Source: Octopus vulgaris
Lineage: Eukaryota
Direction: 5' to 3'
Assembly (NCBI GenBank): GCA_951406725.2
Contig: OX597814.1
Coordinates: 58,032,001 to 58,096,000, forward strand
DNA length: 64,000 nucleotides
In this document: piece after piece, positions 1 through 13,862 of the stretch
How positions within the stretch are numbered: the stretch's first letter is position 1
Layout of the letters: each line of letters begins with the position of its first letter
The notes under the pieces: generated by a model
Databases searched by the model: none
Told to the model about the DNA's origin: nothing
Seen by the model: only the letters and a program-made list of their open reading frames with translations
Translations under genes and position numbers: made by a program

Positions 1-138
1 TTTTGCCACAACTTTCACTCTTTCTTCTGTTGGCCTGCTCGCTTAGCCAGCAGGGTGGCGTCCTTTGAAGGCTAAAACAATGCGAAGCGGATTGTGACCA
101 GCGATGTGTAGCAACATCTGATAGCCTGGTCAGTCACG

Positions 139-142
<4 letters not shown>
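1..142 (+). repeat. 3' end of an interspersed repeat (probable SINE tail) running into (AT)n
   Basis: GC-balanced segment ending ...catctgatagcctggtcagtcacggtgat directly before (AT)n; resembles the tail of a recalled octopus SINE; 5' part lies outside the window. Confidence 0.4.
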
Positions 143-169
<27 letters not shown>

Positions 170-1937
170 CTACATGCGTTGTCATTCAGTTTCTTTATTT
201 TAACCTAGCCTTATATGATCTATCTCTTAATAGGTCAGCAGAGCAACGTATGATATACACAAAGTACTATTTATTTCTTGTTGATATTTTGCTTAATCAC
301 AAGTCGGTCACTTACCGAGTAGTTCTATGATGAAAACCATTCGAGACATGGTAATCGCTTCTATTTTGTTATTGCTTTTACTCCAGTTGTTAAGACAGTT
401 AAATGCAATTTATCTACTTTTTCGATGTAGAGGAATGTGACGCAGAGGGACAAGATAGAGAAAATATGGTATACTAATACAATGTAGAGAAAGTATATAG
501 AAGTTTCCACACAAATCCGTTCCGGTATATAGTCATGCATTCTTATTCACGAAGTTCAAATCTCGAGGGGTCAAATTTACCTGTGAATATTTCGTTGGTT
601 ACAAAACATACTGGCTACAATTTAATCGACTATATCTGCCACTCTGAAATGATAAATGGTGGGATTGCGTCTATATATAAATCAAAATTAACTGAAGTGA
701 GTTGGGGTTGAGTGATAAAATTGTTACTGCATTTGAGTATATAACTTTCACTTTTCTTTCGATTCTTTACCTTCAAATTTAGACTTGGTCAACTTTCATT
801 TCATCTCTCCAGAGTCGATCAGCAAATTTCTAGTCAAATTTCTTATAAATTGTTGGCCTAGTATCTCTGTCAGATAACATTAGAAATTTTTATGTAAAAG
901 GCCGGAATTAACACGTATCTCCATATACGATTCAAAATGATATTGCCATAAATTTTGGTAAAAGTTTATGAAGTGTTTACTGGAATTGTATATAATAGTA
1001 CTATTCATATGCGTTCAGTATTTTCCCACTTAGTGATACCTACAATTTATTGACAGATTTCCGTGAGAAAAATACCTACTTTTCATTTGCTCTTTGGGTA
1101 AAGGAGAACAACGCCTCACCACGGAGGATCTATTCTGGGCTCGCAAACATGGTGCAGTTCATATTCAGTTTGAAATTCTGAGGATCGATGTGAAGAGTGC
1201 AATTAATCCATTAACCCTGAAAGCTACAACCTTTATGACAAATGATTAGACAAGAGGATATTGTAACGTAGCATTCTGAAACGAAAGGTCAGACAAGATT
1301 ACGGATGAAAGATAGTAGACCTGAATAAAAAAAAAAGAAATAGACTATCATTATTATATAGGACAACATAGTTTCACGGCAGTTGTGTCAAGACTAAAAT
1401 ACATCATATGTGTAACGTAGAAGGCCTAGTATACAGTGACTCTACAGTGTCATTCAGAAGTAATGTTAAATAGAGTGATGGAAAAGAGAGCGTTGTTTTG
1501 GTGAGTCAGAACGCTACTTTCGCTTCAAGTTTAATAAACAGGGCAGCATAAATTACGACGCCCTGGGTAGATCACTAAAGTCATGAAAAAGAGGAAAGGG
1601 TTGATTAATGAATGAGCTGTTCCAGAACTGACCATTTAAAACAAATGCAATGTTTCATACTTCAAAACTGTACAAAGCATTAATGTAATGGTAATATTAC
1701 CACGAGACACGCATTGAACGTGTACATTTTCTATATACTTGTTGCATTCATAATGTTGCAGTCTAAATGAAGTTATGCCATTAAAGGGAAATACGTTAGT
1801 ATAATGAAAACCTCATGATTACTTAGTGTGTTTAAAGGCAATTACCACCAGACAGCTATTTGGATTTTATGGCAAATGCATTGTAATGGTTTCGTTACCG
1901 ACAAACATGTGCAATACACTATCAACCCCATATACAA

Positions 1938-1989
<52 letters not shown>

Positions 1990-2236
1990 ACATTCAGACA
2001 TATACATAATCACATGCAAAGCACATATATGTACATACATATACTGCCTCACTACGTTCAAAACTTCGCAAACAATATTTACAAGCTAAACTCTACTATG
2101 TAGCGGAGTGGTCAACCTGGAATGATATTACCATATGCATATTCCATCAAAGCAAAACAACAACTCACGAAAACGTGCATGCGTACACCCACACACATAC
2201 AAATACGCACACTTACACAAACACACACGCCCATTT

Positions 2237-2310
2237 CCCCCTCAGGTGTAATCGGTTAGTGCGTTCGGATGGTAACCGAAAGGCTGCTAGTTTGAGCCAA
2301 CCCAGGGACG
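2237..2310 (+). pseudogene. tRNA-Asn-derived pseudogene (anticodon position reads GGT instead of GTT)
   Basis: Colinear over 74 nt with metazoan tRNA-Asn(GTT): aatcggttagtgcgttcgg-atggtaa-ccgaaagg...gagccaacccagggacg. Anticodon stem (ttcgg/ccgaa) intact; acceptor stem and T-arm mismatched; B-box gtttgagcc instead of gttcgagcc. Confidence 0.85.
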
Positions 2311-3447
2311 CAGCAATTGGCTGATATATATATATATATATATATACAGATGTCAAGTAAAGCTGCGAAACAAAGCAATACTCTTTTCAAAGTGTTAAAT
2401 TGAAGAAATCATGTGACTAGAACAATATTTCGTTAACAGATTGTTTCTTCATGAGAGGCATTATATGTAAACTACAGAAGTTTTCGATTAACTAGTCGAC
2501 TGTCCATCCTTTCATTCTGGTATTTTCAAATTTACTATCAAAATACCGTAAGAAGTATTTTTATTAATTAAATGTTCCTTCAGAATATAGTGCCATCCGT
2601 AAATTATGAACGAAGAAGTATCTCATTTTACCCTTTCTTCGAATTTGTAAGCTTATTTATTAAGAAAAAGTATTAGAAATTTGAAAACATCTTAAATAAT
2701 GCACTCATCCATGTTATGCTTCAAGGATCTAACATAATCGTACAAATAACTAAATTTTTAGCATCAGAAATATCCATACATGCGAATGGGTGAAAAACAG
2801 CTTATCTTTTACCTGTAGAAAAAGCGATAGATCAAGTATTACTATGAAATGAGGATAAGATCAATTAAAATCACTTCTATCTACAAAATATGCTAGATGA
2901 TTATAACTGAGTGAGTCCAAATGTCTGAGTTAATTATAGATATATTGAAATGTCTAGTACCACTTGCAAGCATTCCTGCCTTTTAATTTATGTCCTCTGA
3001 ATCTTTACTCATGTCAACACAACAGCTGTTGAAAACTCCATCTACCACCAATTGTAAATTACACACATTGAGCAAAACTGGCATTTACTTTCGTTTTGCA
3101 TTCGGCGTCATAAACATATGAGATCTCTTCTATTTACACCATGTCTCTACGTTCAAAATGTTCAGTGATAACTGGAACTGACTATACGAATTTACCTCTG
3201 TACTGCTCTGAAACAGCTCTCATGTAGTAGTTTATATACTTTGCCGACTACCCAGTCTTTGGAAATCAGCAATAGTTTGTCTTACTCAAAACTCCGATTC
3301 TACGAACTGTTGACCCACGTCAGAACTCTTACAATTTATAGACTTAATCGTAAACAACAAGCAATTTTATCACATTGAGTCTCACTCTCCCGTGATAGAG
3401 TCAAAATTGAGCTGATTCTCTAGAGAGAACGACGTTACAGATATATA

Positions 3448-3674
3448 CGAAGGGTTGCTGAAAAGTTTCTGGCTTTGAGTAAAAGAAAATACAGGTGGGT
3501 GGGTGGGGGTCAGCTAATTATGATTTTATTCAATATATTCCCCTCTCAGGTTCGCACATATATTGCAGCAGATCTTAATTGTTTTTAGTCTCTGTAAAAG
3601 AACTCGGGAGTTTGGGCTACAAAGCAGGCCTTTCGCGCCACCATTAAAGCCAGAACCTTTTTAAAACCCCATCG
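3448..3674. mobile_element. Mariner-derived MITE (~230 bp)
   Basis: Imperfect TIRs cgaagggttgctgaaaagtttctggcttt / aaagccagaacctttttaaaaccccatcg, flanked by TA at 3446-3447 and 3675-3676; no ORF. Confidence 0.8.
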
Positions 3675-6557
3675 TATTGTCAGTGAAAGACAGGTTAATT
3701 GAACTGAAATTAGCTAAAATTTAGACTGTATCTGATACGAGGAGTTGCTAACTTTCCTGTCTGTGGATTCTGTTTTCCTCGCTCTTCCAAGTTACGAAAG
3801 TGATTTTTACAGTCAGCTCTCTAGCAGTGACAGCTGACAGACCTCATCATCCTTCTTCACCGCATCTTCAGTGACGCTCAGTGTTTTTTTCTATTAGACT
3901 AGACCCTAGGTGCATTAATGATATTTTTATTGCCTATCACAAAAAAATACCCACAGATCTCACGCAAATGATACTAGAATATACTCTTAATATATCGAAT
4001 ACAAAAATTCCTTTTGAATACACAATCTAAACAATCTAAAAGTTCGCAAATATAATGCAGAGACATGAGAGCGTAATCCATTTCAGTAGAAATTAGTCAG
4101 ACTGACAGCATATAATACACATTACAACACTACAATGCTTCTACAGATGTAAGACTACAATCACTACCATCACTATTACCTGCACCGATTATTACCATTT
4201 TCAGTTTGGATTCTAAATAATACTCTATAAATCCATTGCAGTCAATGAAAACGATTGGTTTCACAATCTATACTAATTTTTGCTTGATGACCACACACTG
4301 ACCCCATTGTTGAAGCGGCATTCAGAAGATTCCAACTTTTCAGCCAACTCTTCCAAATAATAAACTTTTTATAGGAAATATGTTCCTGGTGAAATTGGAA
4401 GTATTTCCTCAGAATACTCAAATGTGTTCTATTAAACTCAAAACTCAAACATGTTCTGCTTTATACTATTATTTATAAGTCTTAGACAACATCACTAGAA
4501 TGCACAAATATTGTCTACAACGGCCGAGTAGCTTAGAGATGAAAGGAATTCTCTATATATTTTATATCTTACAACTATTCTAGATATTTTACAACTATTC
4601 TAGATTAGCCACCGTCAAAGGACAACCAGTATACGCACCATTCCTCGATCAACTATCTAACCATTCGTAGTTTATTATAGTTCTTGAACATCACACTAAG
4701 CACATTTATAATCTCTTGTACGTAGAAAAATATTCCTCTGGAAGTCGATATACGTTTCGCTTGCTTTTAGATGCATCAACCTATACACTGATTTTCGGAA
4801 CTAAGCAATTTTGTTTTATTGATATTAAGTTTCTTTTGACAAATAGCTCTGAAAGTGAAAATATGATATCGTAATGCGAATACCTTTCCAATAGTTCCAA
4901 TTTAATACGGTGATATGAAATGACCTGAACTTGGAATGACATAGGTTTACGGACATTGACTTGCATAGGATTATCGTTTTGTTTTTGTCTGTTGCTGCTG
5001 CTACAGTGATTAGAAAGGGCTTCCTTTGAAGATTAACAGCATCAATAAAGTTAAATTTCTTTAAAACAGAAAGAAAACCAGCTGCCGACTTTCATTTCCT
5101 GGCGCCATGTATCTGGCACACCACGTTATCTCTAGTGAAGCTCAGAATGTGAGAATTAATAAGATTTATAAGATTATTAAGGGTTAGGTTCGAGAACACA
5201 TATGAATGCTAAAATAGTTGAAAAAGAGGAAGTAACATATAAAACAACGATGCACATTTGATGATTTTAGAAGTAAATAAGAAAATAAACTGAAAAATAT
5301 ACTGCAGAATAAAGGGATTGTAGAACCGCTATACTTTTAGAAATGGCCTCCAAAGTATTCAGTAAAATCATTTAATGCTTAGTGTCTGTTCTACACTAAG
5401 AGCTAAGGTAATTGAATTGGGATTTATCCTTCTGATATTAAGAGGATATAAAATAGTATTATGCATTTAAACAAGAATTTAGATTTGTAATGGATGAGAA
5501 AAAGATGAATGGCTAGGTAAAGAAATATTTGATACTAACGTTTTACAATAGAATTAAAAAACTCAACCGAAACTGATTTGGAATCAAAACGTAAAAGAAA
5601 ATAATAAACTTTAACATATTCAGAAGACTCTGTCTCAAGACTTTTTTGAATTGCTTTCTGAGTTGATTACATAACAGCCAGTATTTTATCGGCTGAAATT
5701 CATAATCTCTCCGTTCTGTTGTGAGAATAAAACTATTGTTTTTTAAACAGAGCAGCAATTACAAAGACCTCCTCATTCATCATACACATCAAACGTTCAT
5801 GGGCGCTGTATCTCTTCTTCAAAATAAATAATTTCTTATTACAAAAATGTTCTGCTGCCACTCGCCCCCAGCAGATACGACAATTGTGATTTTAACAGCG
5901 TTCTATCCTGGAAGGAGATTCTTTTCCCACATGATTCAGAAACTAGAGTCGAACGATAGAGTTCTCATAAATTTTCAAAATTTTTCAGTCGACAAATACC
6001 AGGAGTATGGCAATACAACTACAGTATCAACAATATTGATTTCACATTAAATCGATATCCTTGTTATTCTAATATTGTCATAAAAGATTAAAAAAACAGT
6101 AAATAGATTTAGCATTTGCAGTTTTAGATGTACGATTACCAAATAATTATTCATCAAAAGATTTTGGTAAATGCTACATGATAGTTAATGGTGATTCTTT
6201 AGATTTGAGCAAAATTTAGTAAATACAACAACAATAACAATTAAAAGAACAAACTCAGAAAGTTCTAGTTCAGACATGAAGTAGTATAGCTGTTATAGAG
6301 AAATATCAATATATAAATATGTTATAAGAGATATTAACAGAGAAATGTTAGAAATTGGTATGTAAAAGATGACATAACATTCCCGAAACATAAATGATAA
6401 AAGAAAAACATGACAATTAGGTTTGACGTATAATTCTATTAAAGGTTATTAATTAATGATATTGTAGTTGCATTAGATAAAGCTATAAAGTATATGAAAC
6501 GCAAGTTGTCTATCTATGAATATCAACTCTCGAATTCGTCGATACATACATAATACA

Positions 6558-6632
<75 letters not shown>

Positions 6633-8729
6633 GTATGTCTATATATATATCTGTGTGTGTATTTGTATGTGTGTATGTGTGTGTGTGTGTGTTCTGTTAA
6701 ATTTGTTCTCTTAACTAGTTGATTAAGAAGTACTCAAAGGACTGCAATTTCCACAAATAATAGATTCAGTCATAAGCAGCATATAAACATGGCCTTAAAA
6801 ATGAAGGACAAGAAAATTGAAACTCTCTGCTCAAGAATGCATATATGCGTCTTTTAACTTTATGTATCCTCTAATAACTATATAATGATGTGTAACAAAG
6901 CGAATTCTGTTGTAATAAACTTGAAATACATTGGAGGAAAGGCTTATTTACGCCTCTCTCAATACCTCTACATTTACGCTCAAAGTGTAAGACTTAAGCC
7001 TGTAATTTGATGGGAGAAAAACTGGGGGTACATCTATGAATGTGCTAGTAAATAAGTCTGGGTTTAAAAACTTGCTAATCATTAAGGCAGATCCGATTAT
7101 CATCTTTTAGAATTTATGATACCTGTCATTCAGCTCGTTTCTCTGAATCTTTTCTCCTTTATTCTCATCTCTGTGCATTAATAATTTTTATCATTGTCTG
7201 TCTTAAAATTACCAATCTCACGTATAGAAGACTAACTATACCTTTCAGTAGCCTATCTTGCAGGGCTGTCATAATGAAATTAACACACACTAGAATTTAA
7301 ACGCGCAAATGAGGCTAAAACCTGAAAACAACCTACTGTGAGTGGATGTCAGTCTAGTAACCTTCAATAGAATTATGTCAAAGCATATATTCTTACAGTA
7401 CTATACTATACCTCTTGATGAACAAATATTACAGTTAATAACATTACGCTGCATGCACAGTCACCAGTTTCGTCGGATTCCGGCTATTACACTAAAAACA
7501 CATTACATTTAATAAAATCTTTTTCTTTTGAGTTTGTAATGCATTTCCTCCACACATCTACTACGTCTTAATATTTGTACTTCATTAATATAAAATCTGC
7601 TACAATAAACTGATAACCTGTTTGACTCCTATCTCTGCACGCACGACTAATGTAGGAGTCTCTCCTCTTACTACATCCGTCAATACACCTTTGATATTCC
7701 CATTTTAAAGAACAAAACACTAAATGTATTTAGTGTCCTTTCTGCTCGGCAGAGCACTCTTCTATAACTCCACACTTTCAGCCCTTTTCCTTAAGTCAGT
7801 AGCCTACACACCATTTCGAAGAACTAAAACTTATTATTGTAATTTGATTGTGCATTGTAGATAGTTTTTTTTTCCTTTTACGATTAAATTTACATGAAAA
7901 GAGGTAACGTTGTAACGTTCACGCATTTCTAAAAGCCATTATGAGTGGGTATTAGATAGAGTGACATGACCTGACCAGAAACCGGAATGGTTTACGGACT
8001 TTGACTGGATTAAGATATCTCTTGCTGAATGAATTTCACTCTACTGTTGTGATTTTAATGAATTTCCTTTGATCGTAACTAACATGAATCAACTCACATA
8101 TTTCATTTACTGGTGCCATACATCTAAATCATCGTATCATCGCCTGTGATACGTACTGAGCAATATGCAATGTGATTTATAAGACTATCAAGTTTTAGTT
8201 TCGATCCTATATCACATATGAATGTTAAAATATTTGAAAGTACGGAAATAACATAAAATACAGGCATTGAACATTTTGTTATTTAATAAATGGAGTCGAC
8301 AGAATATAAACTGTAAATTATATTGCAGGAAAAATATATTAGAAAATTACTATATCTTTACAATTGACCCAACAAAGTATTTCGTACATACATTATATTG
8401 CTTAGGCTCATTTCAGACTTGGAAGTATAAGGCCATTGGATGTAGATTAAAATTTCTAACACGAAGAGTATATAAAACAGTATTTTGCATTTAAACAAGA
8501 TAAAATGCTCCTAGTTATGACAATATAACTACAATAACAACGCTATTAATTTCATAATAAATTGAATTCCTTTTCCTTATAACATTTCTATGAAAGTGTG
8601 AGAGAAAAAAAGGAAAAAACCCAGAAATCTCATTATTTGATGTTTCATCCGAATGACGGCCAGGTAATTCGTTATCAAATGAATTTGATAAATATGGTTC
8701 AATTACAGTGCTGATTCTTTACTAGTAGA

Positions 8730-8763
<34 letters not shown>

Positions 8764-9056
8764 AAGAAGGAATACAAGATTTATTGAAACAAGAATTCAT
8801 TTAATAGAATATAAAACACATATGTTATAGATAATCTGTCTAGTGAAATGTTAGATATATGAACCTAAGAGATGTTATAAAGAATCCCCAAATCTGAAAT
8901 CTAAAGAAAAGGCAAAGAAAAAAAAACGAAACTCAGCGTAGTTATGCACGAGAATTAAATCTAGTATACGAAGTCAAAAAAGTAACACTAGGACAAAACA
9001 CACGCACACATACATGGAGACTCCAACGATGGCTTAGCTACCCGAAACTTCTTGTT

Positions 9057-9098
<42 letters not shown>

Positions 9099-9153
9099 AT
9101 GTAATAATAATGATAAATAGAAATAAATAAATAAATAATAATAATAATAATAA

Positions 9154-9659
9154 GATCGGAAGTGTTATCATATACATTGTTTTATCTTGGTATAAAAGAT
9201 GGGCTACAGCAAATATTCTGCTCAATAACACAGATTTGCTTGTCAGTTGTTTGACATTTAACCAGTTGAGCATGTCCCTTAGCGGCTGACAATATGTGCA
9301 TCTCTGATCACGAGCAGAAGTAGTGAGGGAGCATGATAACCATGTGTTGAGAGGAATTCTTTGAGGTTTGAATAATTCACCTCTGGAAACATGGGTGTTT
9401 CGTTCAACATCCTTAAACAACCCTTATTCAGGGACTTTTTGAGTGGGATGGGCTACTCGACCTGAAGAAAATTCTAACTCGGCCCCACCTGCAAGGTTAT
9501 GCGCTGTCTATCTTGATATAAGATCACCATATCGCGCACATATGGTTGTGATGCATGTGCCTGGTGTACCCTTATCAGACGGGTAGTCATGATGGGTATG
9601 CTGGGCTTCGTATATTTTACCCGAGTGTCACTTTGATGGCGTGCACTGCTCTCTCACTC
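9154..9659 (+). mobile_element. Non-coding ~510-560 bp retro-unit in (AAT)n, copy 1 (5'-truncated)
   Basis: Highly similar to 9780-10338 and 19675-20208; shared 3' end ...ctgctctctcactc followed by (AAT)n; different 5' starts. Confidence 0.8.
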
Positions 9660-9751
<92 letters not shown>

Positions 9752-9779
9752 TAATAATAATAATAATTATAATTATGAT

Positions 9780-10338
9780 AAATGCCCTGATACAATACCA
9801 GGCAGTGGCTCTTGTGGCTTCTGTTCTTAACTGATTGGAAGTGTTATCTTGTACATTGTTTTGCCTTGGTATAAAATATGGGCTGCAGCAAATATTCTGC
9901 TCAATAACACAGATTTGCTTGTCAGTTGTTTGTCCTTAACAGGGTTGAGCATGACCTTTAGTGGCTGACGATATGTGCAGCTCTGATCATGAGCAGAAGT
10001 AGTGGGGGAGCATCATAGCCATGTGTTGAGAGGGATTCTTTGGGGTTTGAATAATTGACCTCTGGAAACATGAATATTTCGTTCAACATCCTTAAACTAC
10101 CCTTATCCAGGGACCTTTTGAGCAGGATGGGTTACTCGACCAGAAGAAAATTCTAACTGGGCCCCACCTGCAAGGTCATGTGCTGTTTATCTTGATATGA
10201 GATCACCATGTCGCGCACATAGGTTTGTGATGCATGTGCCTATTGTACCATTACCAGACGGGTAGTCATGATGGGTATACTGGGCTTCGTATATTTTACC
10301 CGAGTGTCACTTTGATGGCATGCACTGCTCACCCACTC
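9780..10338 (+). mobile_element. Non-coding retro-unit in (AAT)n, copy 2 (longest)
   Basis: Same unit as 9154-9659 with ~50 nt more 5' sequence (aaatgccctgatacaataccaggcagtggc); (AAT)n on both sides. Confidence 0.8.
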
Positions 10339-10353
10339 AATGATAATAATAAC

Positions 10354-10409
<56 letters not shown>

Positions 10410-10410
10410 C

Positions 10411-10445
<35 letters not shown>

Positions 10446-10459
10446 TAATAATAATAATG

Positions 10460-10504
<45 letters not shown>

Positions 10505-10505
<1 letters not shown>

Positions 10506-11228
10506 AAAGCCTCCCCACCAGAAATTACCAAAAACATGTAATGAAAAGAAATATTACAAGTAACTGCAGAATATGTGGAGATGGACAAGAAACAATAAAT
10601 CATATTATCTCTAGCTGCCCAGTCCTGGCTAAGAAGGAATATATTCACAGACTTGACAGAGTTGGAACCTACATACACTGGAAGCTATGCCAACATTATG
10701 GAATAACAACAGAAAAAATATGGTATAGGCACACACCAGAAAAGGTTACAGAAAACGAGAAAGCAACCATACTCTGGGATATGCCGATACACACAGATAG
10801 AGAAATTAAGGCCAACAGACCAGATATAGTTGTCAGAGATCACGAAGAAAAAAAATGCTTTCTAATTGATGTATCAATACCGGCAGATGACAACGTGTCT
10901 CTAAAAGAAATGGAGAAACTCTCAAAATACAAAGACCTGGAAATAGAGGTAACTAGAATGTGGAATCTGAAAACAGAAACAATTCCTATCATAGTAGGTG
11001 CATTAGGCATGATAAAAAAATATTCAGACAAATACATAACAAAAACACCAGGACTTACAAACACATATATCATACAGAAAATTGCACTACTAGGCACTGC
11101 ACACATCCTACGCAGAGCACTTTCCATACAATAACCATCAGAGCATCACAACAAATCACAGCACATACCCAAGGCACACAGAGCTGCGCTCGGTAGTGAA
11201 GTGAAAGCACGCTATAAAAATAAAACTA

Positions 11229-11231
<3 letters not shown>
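10505..11231 (+). mobile_element. 5'-truncated R4/Dong-clade non-LTR retrotransposon (CCHC zinc knuckle + restriction-like endonuclease + 3' UTR)
   Basis: Open frame QSLPTRNY...CRICGDGQETINHIISSC (CCHC)...HRLDRV...NRPDIVV...LIDVSIP...EKLSKYKDL...IPIIVGALG...LLGTAHILRRALSIQ* (stop 11132-11134); ~100 nt 3' UTR; (AAT)n on both sides. The poly-I start of track ORF 10340..11134 is just the microsatellite. Confidence 0.93.
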
Positions 11232-11261
<30 letters not shown>

Positions 11262-11265
<4 letters not shown>

Positions 11266-11678
11266 GACCAGATATAGTTGTCAGAGATCATGAAGGAAAA
11301 AATGCTTTCTAATTGATGTATCAATACCGGCAGATGACAACGTGTCTCTAAAAGAAATGGAGAAACTCTCAAAATACAAAAACCTGGAAATAGAGGTAAC
11401 TAGAATGTGGAATCTGAAAACAGAAACAATTCCCATCATAGTAGGTGCATTAGGCATAATAAAAAAATATTCAGACAAATACATAACAAAAACACCAGGA
11501 CTTACAAACACATATAACATACATAAAATTGCACTACTAGGCACTGCACACATCCTACGCAGAACACTTTCCATACAATAACCATCAGAGCATCACAACA
11601 AATCACAGCACATACCCAAGGCACACAGAGCTGCGCCCGGTAGTGAAGTGAAAGCACGCTATAAAAATAAAACTACTG
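11262..11678 (+). mobile_element. Second, more truncated copy of the same R4/Dong element, in tandem
   Basis: Near-identical to 10813-11231 with the same 3' end aaaactactg + (AAT)n; separated from copy 1 by ~10 AAT units. Confidence 0.93.
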
Positions 11679-12599
11679 AATAATAATAATAATAATTATA
11701 ATACTGATAATATATTTATATTTATACACCCATATATATATATGTGGATGTATGTAAATCTGTGTAGTCTTTCTCTTTCTCCTCCCACTTTTCTCTAGTC
11801 CCACAGATGGAAGTAAATAATCAGGTGCATTTGCCCACATGCTGAATATCTCGATATTAGCAGTAATTATATGAATTTGACAAGAGTATATATATATAAA
11901 TATATATATATATATCAAACTAAGCAACAAGCATACCTAGAAGTAATGCAGTATGATCGTTTCATGCAACACCATTTAATTGAACAATACAATCATTACA
12001 TCAATTTAAAATTCAGAGCAATCTTCAGATGCACAAAGATATAGAATTTATTTCGATTAGAATAGATAGACACATTAGTATAATTATACCTAAAATCTCC
12101 CTAATTCTCTAGAAGAAAGGAAAGAGAGAAAGAAGAGAAAATTAGGAAGAGGATGAAACGGAAAAAAAAGAGAAAGAAAGTGTCAAATACAATGAAAGAA
12201 ACAGAGATTAATTTCTACCAAAAAGCAGAGATGGATAAAATATAATGTAAATAATTTATAAATTATAAAGTTATAACAACCTAAACGTAAAATAATTAAT
12301 AGTAATAGAAGCAATACTAAAGCCAAAATACATCATTTACCTCGCATTTTGAGTAGATACTGCGTTAGAACAAAGAATAATGCGTAATCTGCACTACGAG
12401 GCCTCTCATAAGAACTTGTGGTGCATGAGAGCACTCGTAGTTATATCGCTGGGTGGGGCACAAAAACCATCCGTTACGGTTGCGGGGTCTGCCAGATCAA
12501 GTGATTTCGGCCTTCCTTAATTTGTCACTAAGAGATGTCCAGCTAGACATAGCATCTGATTCTTCTGTCAGCGATATATATATATATGGAATGTGAATA

Positions 12600-12737
12600 T
12601 CTGTTCAAACACTAGTGTCGCAAATACCAATAGTCGTGCACTGGGTCGATGAAATCAAACCATGTGTATGACTGGTGCTTATTTTATAGAACGCAGAAAG
12701 ATGAAATGTAAAGTCGGCCTCTGTGGAATTCGAGCTT
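12600..12737 (-). mobile_element. Degenerate tRNA-derived SINE, family A fragment
   Basis: ggtgcttattttatagaacgcagaaagatgaaatgtaaagtcggcctctgtggaattcgagc matches the reverse complement of the family A body (compare 50777-51010). Confidence 0.6.
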
Positions 12738-12859
12738 GCTTAAAAATATTAACTTCTACCTTACACACACCTCACACGCATTTGTGTAAGTATGTATGTA
12801 TGTTTGTCTGTGTGTGTGTGTATGTACGCATGCGTATGTTTGTAGGTGTGTATACGTGT

Positions 12860-13060
12860 ACGTCCGTGTTTGTGCTAGTGTGTGTGTCTCACTGCTTGAT
12901 TACCACCATCGGTTAGTTTACATTACTAAAAACAACTGTCCGTCTAAAAACGGTTCATAAATTAAGTACCAGGCGCAAAATAAACAATGTCATAGATTTG
13001 ATCGAGTGCATCATTAAACGCGGTAAACCAGCATATTCAATAAATGGAAAAAGCAAACGT
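12860..13060 (+). mobile_element. Degenerate SINE family B, 3' half
   Basis: gcttgattaccaccatcggttagtttaca...aattaagtaccagg...gatttgatcgag...gcggtaaaccagcat matches the reverse complement of family B copies (41005-41270, 53630-53910). Confidence 0.5.
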
Positions 13061-13074
13061 TTCTTTTATCTATT

Positions 13075-13262
13075 ATCTTTGACATGTATCTATGATTGCA
13101 CTGCAGCCTTGCTGGGGCTTGAATAAGTTTAGTTAAATGAAACGACCTAGTACTCGTTCTGTTTCCCGTTAAACAAACTGGTAAGCTACGAGGACGTAAA
13201 CACACCAATACCGGTTGTCAAAGGGTTTTGAGGACAAAAGCCGACCACACACACACACACAC

Positions 13263-13326
<64 letters not shown>

Positions 13327-13490
13327 GAACATGACAGGCTCCTTTCATTTTCTGTCAGCCAAATCCACTCACAAGGCTTTGATCAGCTCGAAGCTATAGT
13401 AGAAATCGCTTGACCAAGGCACTAGTCAGTGGTACTGAACCCGGAACCATGTAGTTCTGAAGCAAATTTCTATCCACACAGCTACACCTA
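13075..13490 (-). mobile_element. tRNA-derived SINE family B with internal (CA)n
   Basis: tRNA-like head on the minus strand (rc of ggtactgaacccggaaccatgtagttctgaagcaaatttctatccacacagctacacc); body shared with 41005-41270, 53630-53910 and 61530-61766. Confidence 0.8.
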
Positions 13491-13650
13491 AATTGAATAA
13501 AAATAGGTACTTAACCCAGCGATATATCGATGGCTATGAACAATTTGTATGTGTATATCGAAAGCGTTTTAGATTGCGGTATTCGTCTTGAGAAAAGAGC
13601 ATGTGTATAGGTCACTATGTTGAACTTTTCCTGGTTCCGTTGCTAATATT

Positions 13651-13862
13651 GGTTTCAAATTTTGGCACAAGGCCATTAGTTTTGGAGAGATACAAGTCGA
13701 TTACATCGCCCCCACTTTTCAATTCGTACTTATTTTGTCGACCCCGCAAAGATGTGATGCAAAGTCAATATCGGCAGAATTTGATCTCAGACCGTGAAAA
13801 CGGATGGAATGTCGCTAAGACTTACACCAGTCGTGCTAACGATTCTGCCAGCTCGCCACCTT
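13651..13862 (-). mobile_element. tRNA-derived SINE family A with 16 bp TSD
   Basis: Reverse complement of ggcgagctggcagaatcgttagc...; TSD ttccgttgctaatatt (13635-13650) / ttccgttgttaatatt (13863-13878). Confidence 0.88.
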
